From the NCBI RefSeq assembly GCF_001735745.1, contig NZ_CP017260.1, positions 2,580,001-2,612,000 of the forward strand: DNA of 32,000 nt, in the 5' to 3' direction. How positions within the stretch are numbered: the first letter of the stretch is position 1; every line of letters begins with the position of its first letter. The position numbers and the translations under genes are program-made. The notes beneath the pieces are model-generated. The model searched no databases. It saw only the letters and a program-made list of their open reading frames with translations, and was not told the DNA's origin. The stretch is from Formosa sp. Hel1_33_131 (GTDB lineage: Bacteria; Bacteroidota; Bacteroidia; Flavobacteriales; Flavobacteriaceae). Shown piece by piece: positions 8,589 to 17,133 of this stretch.

Positions 8589-10588
8589 TATAAGCTTATG
8601 ACTGCATCACGCAGTTTATCATTAATTTTCCCTGTGACTGCATCCGAAATTTTATCGACTTCATCGCGCCAATTATTAGCAATATTGAAATAGTTTTTTA
8701 TTTCTAAATTCATTGTTATTCGTTTGCCAACACCTTTACCAGAACCAGACAACCCAGATCCTTTTCCACCCGCTTTTACTACGCCATCTTGCGAACCATC
8801 TAAGCGTGGTGCATAACTCCCTACTTTGCCAGTTGGCAATACACTTTCTTCTTCATCTTCTTTTAGACTTAAGGACGCTCCAGCTTTCAGAAATTCTTTC
8901 CCAGACTGTAATGCTAAATCTGCGGCCTCTTTATAACCATCTACTATAGATTTTTTTCTAGCTTCTGTGTCTGCATTAATTTCGGCAAGCATCTTTTGGT
9001 TTTCGGTACTATCTCCAATACCCATCGCTTCCTTGAATTTATACCAACCCGTTTTAATGAGATTGATACCTAACATGAAGCCACTAACAAAAACATTAAG
9101 ATAGGCTTTGGTGGCCGCAATAAATGATTTAAACAATAGCTTTGCGCCCGTCCAAGTGTGGTCCCATGCTTCGCCCCAGCCTGTAATACTCGTTACTAAC
9201 CAAACAATGCCTGCAACTAATGCTGCAACACCAACTATTATTAGCCCGATTGGATTGGCGGTTAATGCTGCATTCCATAACCATTGTAATGCGGTCACTA
9301 CTTTTGTGCCAGCACTTTGTAGCCAAGTCACTTTAGTTAGAGTTGTTATTATTGGGATCATAGAAGCGATGCCAGTTGCTACAGGTGCTAATTCCACAAC
9401 ACTTGATGCAATACCGCCAAATGTTTCTGTAAAAGCGGTTCTAACACCTGCTAACCATCCTCTTATGGAGGCACCAGAAGAAGCTATAGAAGGTATATTG
9501 TTAATATCTAAATCAATACTGCCAAGCCCTTCAATCCAACCAATACCTGCATCCTCACCAGCGCCTTTAAAAATATCTGCGAGTACTAATTGCTTAGCAC
9601 TTACAGTGGCACCGTCCATCGCTTTACTAATCATCTGTACAGCTTCAAATGTGGTTTTTCCAGCTAAGTCTTTAACTTCAATGCCAATCCCTTTTAAGGC
9701 TTCCACTTGTGGTTTGCCCATTTCTCGTAAAGACAAATCAGCCTCTTTAATACTGTCAATCGCCTTATCTGAAAATATACCATCCTTACCCGCCTTCGCC
9801 ATCAATGCAATCGCTTGTGATTGTGATAAACCAACTTGATTTATAAAGGTTGGGTATTCTTTTAACTGGTCTATAAAATCACCATTAATATTTGCGCCTT
9901 TTTCAAAGCCAGCTTCTATTAATGCAAAGTTTTCTTCGTAAGAACCGCCTATTTGCTTGGTCATAGCATTCGCAGCTTTGGCAATTTCTTCTGGGCTTTG
10001 CTTAAAGACTGCACCTAGCTTATAGGCTCTCTCAGTAAGGCTGTCTAATTGTTCACCAGATGTGCCAGAAAAACGTTCTATAGTGGTGCTTAAATCATTA
10101 ATTTCAGTCGTAAACCGCAAACCATCAATCGCTTTGTTTACCAGTTCTATTGCTTGGTTGGCAACAACAACTGCTGCACCCCAATTAGCCTTCATTTTTT
10201 CAGAATTTGGTGCTTTTTCTACGGCTTCTAATTCATGCTGTACTTCAACTAATTGTTCTTTATAACGTCTAACTTTAGTTTCCGCTTTTTTAATGTCAAA
10301 ATCTATTGTTGCTTTTAGTAAAGGATCTATTGCAGGACCTAAACTTTTTAAATGATTTTTTAAGCTGTCTAGTTGTTTTTCTTCTTTTTTAACTTCTTTG
10401 GTAAGATCACTAAAACTTTTAATTGCGTTTTGAGCCGTTGCTTTTGTAGCATCGTCCATACCATCTAAAGCGCGTGTCACATTGTGAAGTGTCTTATTAA
10501 CATTTTTAGTTGCGCCATCAACGCTTCGCATAGGTGCAGTCACCTTGTCTATTAATTCAAAAACCCAACTTGTTTTACTGCTACCCAT
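8588..10588 (-). CDS. Tail tape measure protein
   Basis: 666 aa. N-terminal coiled coil, a central Gly/Ala-rich hydrophobic block (…IGLIIVGVAALVAGIVWLV…), and it follows the frameshifted chaperone pair. Confidence 0.85.
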   Translation of the reverse strand: MGSSKTSWVFELIDKVTAPMRSVDGATKNVNKTLHNVTRALDGMDDATKATAQNAIKSFSDLTKEVKKEEKQLDSLKNHLKSLGPAIDPLLKATIDFDIKKAETKVRRYKEQLVEVQHELEAVEKAPNSEKMKANWGAAVVVANQAIELVNKAIDGLRFTTEINDLSTTIERFSGTSGEQLDSLTERAYKLGAVFKQSPEEIAKAANAMTKQIGGSYEENFALIEAGFEKGANINGDFIDQLKEYPTFINQVGLSQSQAIALMAKAGKDGIFSDKAIDSIKEADLSLREMGKPQVEALKGIGIEVKDLAGKTTFEAVQMISKAMDGATVSAKQLVLADIFKGAGEDAGIGWIEGLGSIDLDINNIPSIASSGASIRGWLAGVRTAFTETFGGIASSVVELAPVATGIASMIPIITTLTKVTWLQSAGTKVVTALQWLWNAALTANPIGLIIVGVAALVAGIVWLVTSITGWGEAWDHTWTGAKLLFKSFIAATKAYLNVFVSGFMLGINLIKTGWYKFKEAMGIGDSTENQKMLAEINADTEARKKSIVDGYKEAADLALQSGKEFLKAGASLSLKEDEEESVLPTGKVGSYAPRLDGSQDGVVKAGGKGSGLSGSGKGVGKRITMNLEIKNYFNIANNWRDEVDKISDAVTGKINDKLRDAVISL

Positions 10589-10847
10589 TTTTTAATACTT
10601 GGCTTAAAATTTCAACTAATGCTTTTTTATTTGCGCCTTCAATAACTTTATACAAATTTTCCAGATCTGTGTGCTTTACATATAAATATTCCTGGTAAAG
10701 CTTTGCCCATTCATTATTACTTAATTTTTCTGGATTAACTCCAATAAAATGGGACCGTAAAAGAGCATTGATTTTTTGTATAAATTGATGGTCCTCTTTT
10801 GATTCGTCTTCATCGACCTTTAAGGTGTAAAGGTCTAACGCTTTTTT
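10581..10847 (-). CDS. -1 frameshift extension of the tail assembly chaperone (gpGT / gpE'-like)
   Basis: I translated the -1 frame codon by codon from the slip site: ...KK-ALDLYTLKVDEDESKEDHQFIQKINALLRSHF...SQVLKNG*. It has no stop until 10581, no internal start, and overlaps the TMP ATG. Confidence 0.75.
   Translation of the reverse strand, partial: KKALDLYTLKVDEDESKEDHQFIQKINALLRSHFIGVNPEKLSNNEWAKLYQEYLYVKHTDLENLYKVIEGANKKALVEILSQVLKNG
10815..10847 (-). promoter_or_regulatory. Programmed -1 ribosomal frameshift signal
   Basis: Slippery heptamer A_AAA_AAG (10847..10841), a 5-nt spacer, then a perfect 8-bp hairpin GACCTTTA-CACCT-TAAAGGTC (10835..10815). Confidence 0.75.
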
Positions 10848-11167
10848 AGAGTTTTTTTGGCTTTAGATTTAAGTAGATTCACGCTATCAAGTACTTCTAA
10901 ATACACTTCACCATCTTTCTCTAAAGCTTCCATATCACCCCCTAAAACACAGTTTTTAATAAGAACCTCGTTCACCTTTTCAACATCTTTTTGTGCTGCA
11001 TGCCGTCCAATGGCTTTTAATACATTACGGTCTGGTTTTCGCACAATAAATTTATACGTTTTACCATCGACTTCAATGTCTAAGTCAGAAATTCGACTTT
11101 TGCCATATTGAGCTTCCCATTTTGCATTATCTTCTGCTGTAATGTCTTTATGTTTTTGATATTCCAT
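10835..11167 (-). CDS. Tail assembly chaperone (gpG / gpE-like, zero-frame product)
   Basis: 110 aa, lying between the tube and tape measure genes. It ends ...CTA AAA AAG CGT TAG, which contains a slippery heptamer. Confidence 0.75.
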   Translation of the reverse strand: MEYQKHKDITAEDNAKWEAQYGKSRISDLDIEVDGKTYKFIVRKPDRNVLKAIGRHAAQKDVEKVNEVLIKNCVLGGDMEALEKDGEVYLEVLDSVNLLKSKAKKTLKKR

Positions 11168-11174
11168 AACTTAA

Positions 11175-11615
11175 TTAGATTACATTCCATTCAATGTGGG
11201 ACACTAAGAGATCAAACTTCGTTACAATAGACCCATCTCCGTTTTTAACATCGATGCCATTGCCCATAAATTCGCAATTTCTAATGCGATCTTTTTGTAA
11301 AGAACCGTCTGCTTTTTCGTAATTAACAGTAATGTCAAATGGAGCAATGTCCTGTAAACGACCACCCGGTGGCAAGGCGTTTAAAAGTCCATTAACTTCT
11401 TCTTTATATAAAGAAAAGGAAGCTTTGGCTTCTGTGTTACCATCACCACGCCCTACAGGAAAACCGCCAGCACCATTAAAATTCTTTTTATCAGTTTCAT
11501 CGCTGTAAGCTAATTTTGTGATACCTTCTAAATCACGACCAAGAATATTAGTCGTAATACTATTCCATCCAGCCATTTTGCCGAATTTGTTTATAATTGT
11601 TCCTTGTGTTGGCAT
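11175..11615 (-). CDS. Tail tube protein
   Basis: 146 aa, lying between the sheath gene and the chaperone genes. Confidence 0.6.
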   Translation of the reverse strand: MPTQGTIINKFGKMAGWNSITTNILGRDLEGITKLAYSDETDKKNFNGAGGFPVGRGDGNTEAKASFSLYKEEVNGLLNALPPGGRLQDIAPFDITVNYEKADGSLQKDRIRNCEFMGNGIDVKNGDGSIVTKFDLLVSHIEWNVI

Positions 11616-11618
11616 ATT

Positions 11619-12848
11619 CTATAATTTATCAGTTAATCCTAAATCAAATTCAAATTCAAACACAATACTGTCAATAACAATATTACCTTGTATTTTTAGT
11701 GGGCTATCTTCTGTGAGTGTTTGTTGTGGGTTTATGTAGAAATCAAAACCAGATATTTCATTATCAATAACCATTGTTTCCATAGCTTTGTTCAATAAAC
11801 CTTGCCATGCAGAAATAGTAGTTGCCTTAATAAAACCAGTGGTTGGGTCTTTTTTAACGATACCTTTTACTTTTGGTATCAGTGTGGTACGAATTAAGCG
11901 TGCTGCTTTATTCCAAACCCTGTTGTTTTCTATATAAGCATAATCACTGGCTTTTTCTACACATGTTGGAGATCCATTAAAGAAAATGCCACCATACCCA
12001 TTAAATGCACCAGCAAAAATATACCCTTTACTAGTGAGTTCTTTAACTTCTGGAGGTGTTAAGTTATCAAATGGTGTCCCATCACTAAGTGCAGCAGCTG
12101 CAAAACGATCTGTACCCAAAACAGTTAAAGGATAATCTTCGTTTCCTTTAGATCCATCTGGTTTATTTAAAATGTCTACACTTCCTAAATTCTCATTAAC
12201 TTGTCGTACAGCAAGCATACCCAAAACAGCACCTACACTTGCATTTTTTGCATAGGCTGCATCTAACGAAGCAACCGCTAGATCTTGCGCGATACTCACA
12301 GATACATTGGGTGCTTTTTCAGCACGTAAATCTGGATAATTAGAAATGGTTAAAGCAGCATCACTAGCTTTACCTTCTAAAATCACAGCATCTATATAGT
12401 TATTTTCCAATGCAAAAGCATTAACAACCGCCTGTACTGTTTCAACTTCATTTATTAAAGTAGATACTGTAGAAGTTGCACCAATAACACCAATACTTTT
12501 AATATCTTTTTCGCTTCTAATAGTAGCTTTTAATGCAGCTTCTTGTAAAAGCGCACTTGCTTCTAAACCAGCAGTTGTTGGTATTAAAAACAGCGTACCA
12601 TCTGGACAATAAGTAAAGAAGTCATTAACTTCATTGTGGGCTAGTAAACCATTATTAGCATCAAAAGATGCATTGACTCCTAAATCTTCAGCATCACTAA
12701 CTTGTAGTAACTTATAAGCTTTATTTAGTTCAACAGTAGTACCAGTCGTTGGCATACCAACGACTAATGCCATCACAGCATCTGTACTTGCATTTCTACG
12801 ACCTAAACCGCCGTTTTGTTTGTTTATTTTTACGCCTTTAAAACTCAT
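11619..12848 (-). CDS. Contractile tail sheath protein
   Basis: 409 aa, immediately upstream of the tube gene in the sheath-tube-chaperone-TMP order. Confidence 0.65.
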   Translation of the reverse strand: MSFKGVKINKQNGGLGRRNASTDAVMALVVGMPTTGTTVELNKAYKLLQVSDAEDLGVNASFDANNGLLAHNEVNDFFTYCPDGTLFLIPTTAGLEASALLQEAALKATIRSEKDIKSIGVIGATSTVSTLINEVETVQAVVNAFALENNYIDAVILEGKASDAALTISNYPDLRAEKAPNVSVSIAQDLAVASLDAAYAKNASVGAVLGMLAVRQVNENLGSVDILNKPDGSKGNEDYPLTVLGTDRFAAAALSDGTPFDNLTPPEVKELTSKGYIFAGAFNGYGGIFFNGSPTCVEKASDYAYIENNRVWNKAARLIRTTLIPKVKGIVKKDPTTGFIKATTISAWQGLLNKAMETMVIDNEISGFDFYINPQQTLTEDSPLKIQGNIVIDSIVFEFEFDLGLTDKL

Positions 12849-12851
12849 CTT

Positions 12852-13211
12852 TTATTCCGTTTTATTAAGTTCTTCGATTCTTGCATCGTATGCAGCTAAA
12901 ACAGTTGCACGATTTTTACCTTCTAGCTCTAAAGCTTTTGCTGCATCCACAGCTTCAACAGTTTCTAAAGTAGCTGCTACTGCAATTAAATCTGCTGCAT
13001 TAGCTGGCTTGTTTTTAGTTCCTTCAGACGGTATGTTTTCATTTTCAATTTTGAAAACTTTACCTTCAGCCGTAGCGTGAATATTTGCGTGTGATTCATT
13101 TAAGAAAAACTGACCATCTGTAGTTCCAAAAACTACTTTGGCAGTTGGATAATTTTTAAATACGGCTTTTGATTGTTCTGTAAGCTCGGTTTTACTGTAT
13201 GATTTTTTCAT
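12852..13211 (-). CDS. Hypothetical soluble protein between the lysis genes and the sheath gene
   Basis: 119-aa ORF with no TM segment. Confidence 0.5.
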   Translation of the reverse strand: MKKSYSKTELTEQSKAVFKNYPTAKVVFGTTDGQFFLNESHANIHATAEGKVFKIENENIPSEGTKNKPANAADLIAVAATLETVEAVDAAKALELEGKNRATVLAAYDARIEELNKTE

Positions 13212-13214
13212 GGT

Positions 13215-13706
13215 TTAAAATGGTTTTAAATATCGTTTTAATAAGAATTTACCACCAACTAGGACCACAGCTAAAATGCCAATCCAAGACAATGCTTTGT
13301 AAATCCAATGGGTTTTAAATTCGGTTTTTGTTTCTTTTGTCTCCTTGACTTCAGTTCGCTTTATAAGTGTTTCTATAAGCTTGTTTTGGGTTTCAATAAT
13401 CTTTTCGTATTCTGCTGTAAAACATTCAACTTCAATATTGTTGTTAACACGTCTTACAGATCCTGTTGAACGCCCGGATTTAGAGGTTGCTATAATTGGC
13501 ACTTCTGTTAAATTGGCAATAGGCACATTGATTTTTAAACTATCTGCTGCTGCAGTAAGCGTATCAACCTTTTTTTGATACGTCACTTTAGTACTGGTAC
13601 TGTCAGTTTTTGTAACAGATGTTTGCAGTACAGGTCTGGCAGTTCTACAACCAGTTAATCCAACTAGCATTAAAGAGATCAATAATAGGTACTTTGTTAA
13701 TTGCAT
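13215..13706 (-). CDS. Unimolecular spanin candidate (u-spanin)
   Basis: N-terminal lipoprotein signal with lipobox (LMLVGLTG-C) plus a C-terminal TM helix (ALSWIGILAVVLVGG...KRYLKPF). It overlaps the amidase gene by 10 nt. Confidence 0.55.
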   Translation of the reverse strand: MQLTKYLLLISLMLVGLTGCRTARPVLQTSVTKTDSTSTKVTYQKKVDTLTAAADSLKINVPIANLTEVPIIATSKSGRSTGSVRRVNNNIEVECFTAEYEKIIETQNKLIETLIKRTEVKETKETKTEFKTHWIYKALSWIGILAVVLVGGKFLLKRYLKPF

Positions 13707-14152
13707 AAGTTCTGGTATTCTTGATAAGCATTAAAACACGGACACGTTTTTGAAAATTCAAATGGCTCTATAAATCCATTTCCATTTAGATCTTTAGAAA
13801 AGTCTCGATGCCCTCTTATTTCAGCTTTTGGATGCTTGATTTTTAAGTCTATTAATAGGTTTTCTAAAGCTGCTTTTTGTTGTGGGGTCCTGGTGTCTTT
13901 AGGCACTTGATTTTTAGATAGCCCACCAATATAACAGATCCCAAGACTATGCTTGTTATACCCTTTTACATGCGCGCCAATTTTGGCATCTGGCCTGCCT
14001 TTTTCAATGGTACCATCTAGCTTAATTACATAATGGTAACCAATCCCAGACCACCCCCGTTTTTTATGCCAGGCATCTATGTCTTTTACATCAAAGTCTT
14101 TGCCTTCTATTGTGGCACTGCAATGGACTACTAAATAATGGATACTTCTCAT
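13697..14152 (-). CDS. N-acetylmuramoyl-L-alanine amidase endolysin (Amidase_2 / PGRP / T7-lysozyme type)
   Basis: Motifs HCSAT, WHKKRGWSGIGYHYVI, GAHVKGYNKHSLGICYIGG and GHRDF...CPCF. Confidence 0.9.
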   Translation of the reverse strand: MRSIHYLVVHCSATIEGKDFDVKDIDAWHKKRGWSGIGYHYVIKLDGTIEKGRPDAKIGAHVKGYNKHSLGICYIGGLSKNQVPKDTRTPQQKAALENLLIDLKIKHPKAEIRGHRDFSKDLNGNGFIEPFEFSKTCPCFNAYQEYQNLCN

Positions 14153-14158
14153 AGTGAA

Positions 14159-14200
14159 ACCCTTTTAAGGGTGCTGGCTACTTGCAATAAGTTAGCCAGC
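14159..14200 (-). terminator. Tandem stem-loops downstream of the capsid gene (possible partial terminator or mRNA stabiliser)
   Basis: GCTGGCTA-12 nt-TAGCCAGC (14173-14200) next to ACCCTT..AAGGGT (14159-14172). The T-rich tract lies on the + side only. Confidence 0.4.
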
Positions 14201-14216
14201 CCTTTTGTTGTTTTTA

Positions 14217-15233
14217 TTACACCGTCCCAGATATAATTGCGGCGCTACCTTCAATGCCATAAGCGACAATAATGTGGTACACTCTAAAGCCAACCGTACT
14301 TTCTCTTAATTCTGGATCTGCGGAAGCATCACGTGCGTATCGTTTTACGGTACCTGCTGCTTTTGCAGTGCTTCCTTTATGAAATACGATAGAAGACTTA
14401 CGACCAACAACTACGGAACCATAGGGTAATTTTTTACCTGTTGCATCATATTCCGGTGTAGTACTGTCTTCATAGACTTTAAAGCCATAATACTTACTAC
14501 TAATCATCCCTTCTGTATGGTTATGATATTGGGTGTAAAACTTTTTATCTTCGTCTAGCAAATCACTAACATGGTCATCTTGTAAGACTAAAATTCTACC
14601 TTTTTTATTGATCCCTTTTTTGTTCATTTTTGCTTGTAAACTTCTAAGGTCTTTTGTAGTTAACTTTTTACGCCCGGTACCATCATCGGCACCCGTGGTT
14701 TCTAATACAAATTCATTATTGGCTTCATCATTTTCTTGTGGAGCTAAACCCCATATACCGTATTCCATGGTTTCATCTTCCAAGGTCTCGCGGTGTTGCA
14801 TTTGCACATCACTTTTCTTTTCGTATGGCAATGCATAAAGTTCATCGTCTGTTACAATCGTGTTTTCAGTATCAAATTTGTTCAGACCAACGACTACATG
14901 ACTATCATCACGGTTATTTTTAAGTATTGGATATTGCGTATTATTAATCAACACCTTTGGCGCTTCGCCACGTTTTGGTATTTTAATAACATCATTATTA
15001 ACCCAACTTTGCTTAGATCTAATTTCAGAAGCCCACGTATGTTCATGGCGCAACTGCTTAATCATTTCGCGCTCGGCTAATTCGTTTTTGATTGGCAAAG
15101 CAACAACTGTTGCGCTTGCAACTTGTACAGCTGTTTCTGTTTCTCCACTAAATGCATGACTAAATACCGTGACGCATAACACTGCTAAAAGTGATAATGT
15201 GAATTTTAATGATTTGAATAAAATGTTTTTCAT
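14217..15233 (-). CDS. Major capsid protein (HK97-fold type), with an unusual hydrophobic N-terminus
   Basis: 338 aa, directly after the protease/scaffold gene. The motif KKLTTKDLRSLQAKMNKKG...GRILVLQDDHVSDLL is typical of HK97-family capsid proteins. Confidence 0.65.
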   Translation of the reverse strand: MKNILFKSLKFTLSLLAVLCVTVFSHAFSGETETAVQVASATVVALPIKNELAEREMIKQLRHEHTWASEIRSKQSWVNNDVIKIPKRGEAPKVLINNTQYPILKNNRDDSHVVVGLNKFDTENTIVTDDELYALPYEKKSDVQMQHRETLEDETMEYGIWGLAPQENDEANNEFVLETTGADDGTGRKKLTTKDLRSLQAKMNKKGINKKGRILVLQDDHVSDLLDEDKKFYTQYHNHTEGMISSKYYGFKVYEDSTTPEYDATGKKLPYGSVVVGRKSSIVFHKGSTAKAAGTVKRYARDASADPELRESTVGFRVYHIIVAYGIEGSAAIISGTV

Positions 15234-15263
15234 TGTTCTACTTTTTTTAAGTTTCTGTTAATT

Positions 15264-16421
15264 TTATTGTTGGTCGCCAAAGTAGCCAGCTTCTAAAGCG
15301 TCGGCTTGTTTTGGATTTTCTACTTTCATTTTTTCGTAAGCTTGTGGATCTTTATCTAAATAATCCTCCAAAGTCCATTCTTTACGGGAGGCTTCAAGTG
15401 CATCATTACCATCTGCTGGAGTTAAATCAGCACTTAATTTTGGTTTAGTTACCATTGCTTCAAGTGCAGTTTTTGCTGCATCAAAGTTTGCGGTTGCTAA
15501 ATCAACATAGGTTTGCTTTTGATCTGCGGTTATTTTTTTAACAGCAATGGCAGCATCCACTAAAGTGTTCACTTCTTTTTCAGCTGCTGTTTTTTGCGCA
15601 TCTGTTGCAGCAGCAGTCGCTTCACGTTGTTTTAAAGCATCTATTTTCATAGCTTTTTGTGCGGCTGTAATTTCAGCATCAGTAGCACTCGCTTCTAAGC
15701 CTAAGAAGGCAATTTGTTCTTCTCGATTCATAATTTGTATTTGTTTTTGATTTGTTTTTTGTGTAGTTGCTTTTGGCACTATCGGGGCACCACAAGCTTC
15801 AAGTGTGGTCACGTCTTCTGCGCTTATTGTTCCATCTTCATCAATAATGGCATCAATAAAACCTTCTGTTTTGGCTTCTTCTGCACTCATCCAATGGTCG
15901 CCACCTTTCCAGAGTTCTTCAATTTCGGTAGTAGTCTTGCCGGTCTTTTTTGTGTATTTTGCCAAATAATCTTTGGTTACACTTCTAAGTAGCTTTAGTT
16001 CTTTTGTGATTTGGTCTTCATTTCCAAATGTGCCAAGCATAGGCTTGTGTATCATTATTTGCGAGTTCGCATAAGCACTTGTATAATGACAAGCTGTAAA
16101 GTATGTTGCTGCACTAGCAGCAGATGCCCCAACAGTTATATTAACTTTATCAAACCTGTTTAACTGGTTATTAATTTCAACAGCTTCAAATACGGAACCC
16201 CCATTACTATTTATATACACATTAGCTTCTGTATGTGTTTTTAGTAATTCATCTACTTTTTTCTGAAAGTCGCTAGAGTTATTGGCATTCCAATTAGCGA
16301 TACGTCCTATAATACGTATATAGGCTTTGCCATCTTTACTTTCAGCAGTAAGCTGTAAAGGCCTTGCCTTGCTATCTGGCTTGGCAGATCCTATAATAAT
16401 AATGCGTTTCTGTGACTTCAT
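15264..16421 (-). CDS. Prohead protease (ClpP/S14-like) fused to an Ala-rich scaffold domain
   Basis: INSNGGSVFEA...VGASAASAATYF...IMIHKPM match ClpP-like Ser/His motifs. The C-terminal ~150 aa are an Ala/Lys/Glu-rich helix. There is an internal in-frame ATG at 15731. Confidence 0.8.
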   Translation of the reverse strand: MKSQKRIIIIGSAKPDSKARPLQLTAESKDGKAYIRIIGRIANWNANNSSDFQKKVDELLKTHTEANVYINSNGGSVFEAVEINNQLNRFDKVNITVGASAASAATYFTACHYTSAYANSQIMIHKPMLGTFGNEDQITKELKLLRSVTKDYLAKYTKKTGKTTTEIEELWKGGDHWMSAEEAKTEGFIDAIIDEDGTISAEDVTTLEACGAPIVPKATTQKTNQKQIQIMNREEQIAFLGLEASATDAEITAAQKAMKIDALKQREATAAATDAQKTAAEKEVNTLVDAAIAVKKITADQKQTYVDLATANFDAAKTALEAMVTKPKLSADLTPADGNDALEASRKEWTLEDYLDKDPQAYEKMKVENPKQADALEAGYFGDQQ

Positions 16422-16592
16422 TTATACTTAATTACATGGCAAATGTGCTGCAATATCAGCATCCAAAAAAATCAACAAATCAAAATGGTAGTTTTTTACA
16501 CTCTTTTTGGTAGGGCTACTTCACCATTTCCGTTTATCCCTTTTTATAGCCATTAATATTGGTAGATATTTGACCTATAATTATTAGGTAGA
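16422..16592. promoter_or_regulatory. Divergent late control region between the protease and TerS genes
   Basis: A 171-nt gap between divergent operons. It holds three exact TGGTAG copies (16486, 16508, 16560), one AGGTAG (16586), and a near Bacteroidota -7 box GATATTTG (16565-16572). Confidence 0.5.
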
Positions 16593-17132
16593 ATGGCAAA
16601 AGAGAAAGAAAAGCAACTTGCACGAATTTACTATATAGAACAAGGTAAAACAGCCAAATGGATCGCTGTAAAACTGAGTCTTACAGAAAAAACAGTTGGC
16701 AGTTGGATTGCAAAATATGGATGGAAAGAATTAAGAAATGCCAAAGAAAACGGCATTGATAAGCGGATTGATAACATCAAAGAGGTAATCGATGATATTA
16801 TTGAAGATCGAAGTGTCTCCAGAACGACTTTAAATAAGTACAAGCTTGATTTAGTCAAAGCACAAGAACAAAAAGACCAGGGAACTGAAAAAGCGATAAA
16901 AGAACAAATTAGCGAGGTAAAACGTGAAATTGTTGGATTTGATGATGCTATCAGCAAATGGAACAAAACACTTGAAAACTTTGATAAAGAAAATAAAGTA
17001 TCGCTATCCAATTACATACACGTAATGGAAGAGGTGTTTAAAGACCTGTTGGCTTTTGATTCAAAATTGTATAAAGATACTTTAGATTTTCAAGACCAAC
17101 ACATTAACAAAGTAAGCATTACAATAGGATAG
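16593..17132 (+). CDS. terS: Terminase small subunit (Mu gp27 / DUF1804-like)
   Basis: N-terminal HTH pattern ARIYYIEQGKTAKWIAVKLSLTEKTVGSWIAKYGW, a coiled-coil C-terminus, and it precedes TerL. Confidence 0.6.
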   Translation: MAKEKEKQLARIYYIEQGKTAKWIAVKLSLTEKTVGSWIAKYGWKELRNAKENGIDKRIDNIKEVIDDIIEDRSVSRTTLNKYKLDLVKAQEQKDQGTEKAIKEQISEVKREIVGFDDAISKWNKTLENFDKENKVSLSNYIHVMEEVFKDLLAFDSKLYKDTLDFQDQHINKVSITIG

Positions 17133-17133
17133 T

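Noticed and set aside
9108-9839. 243-aa + strand ORF (with other + strand ORFs at 8713-8949 and 10062-10265, and a - strand ORF at 9129-9326) inside the tape measure gene
   Set aside because: These lie antisense to, or out of frame within, a long Ala/Gly-rich gene, where stop-free alternative frames arise by composition. The translated sequences are low-complexity (Pro/Ser/Ala/Ile) and have no flanking regulatory space.
14608-15080. Three overlapping + strand ORFs (61-95 aa) opposite the capsid gene
   Set aside because: They lie antisense to a well-supported structural gene, overlap one another in different frames, and their translations are low-complexity and Phe/Ile/Cys-rich.
16631-17011. 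126-aa - strand ORF inside the TerS gene
   Set aside because: It is antisense to a gene with a convincing HTH and terminase context. Its Ser/Leu/Phe-rich translation is typical of the reverse frame of Lys/Glu-rich coding sequence.
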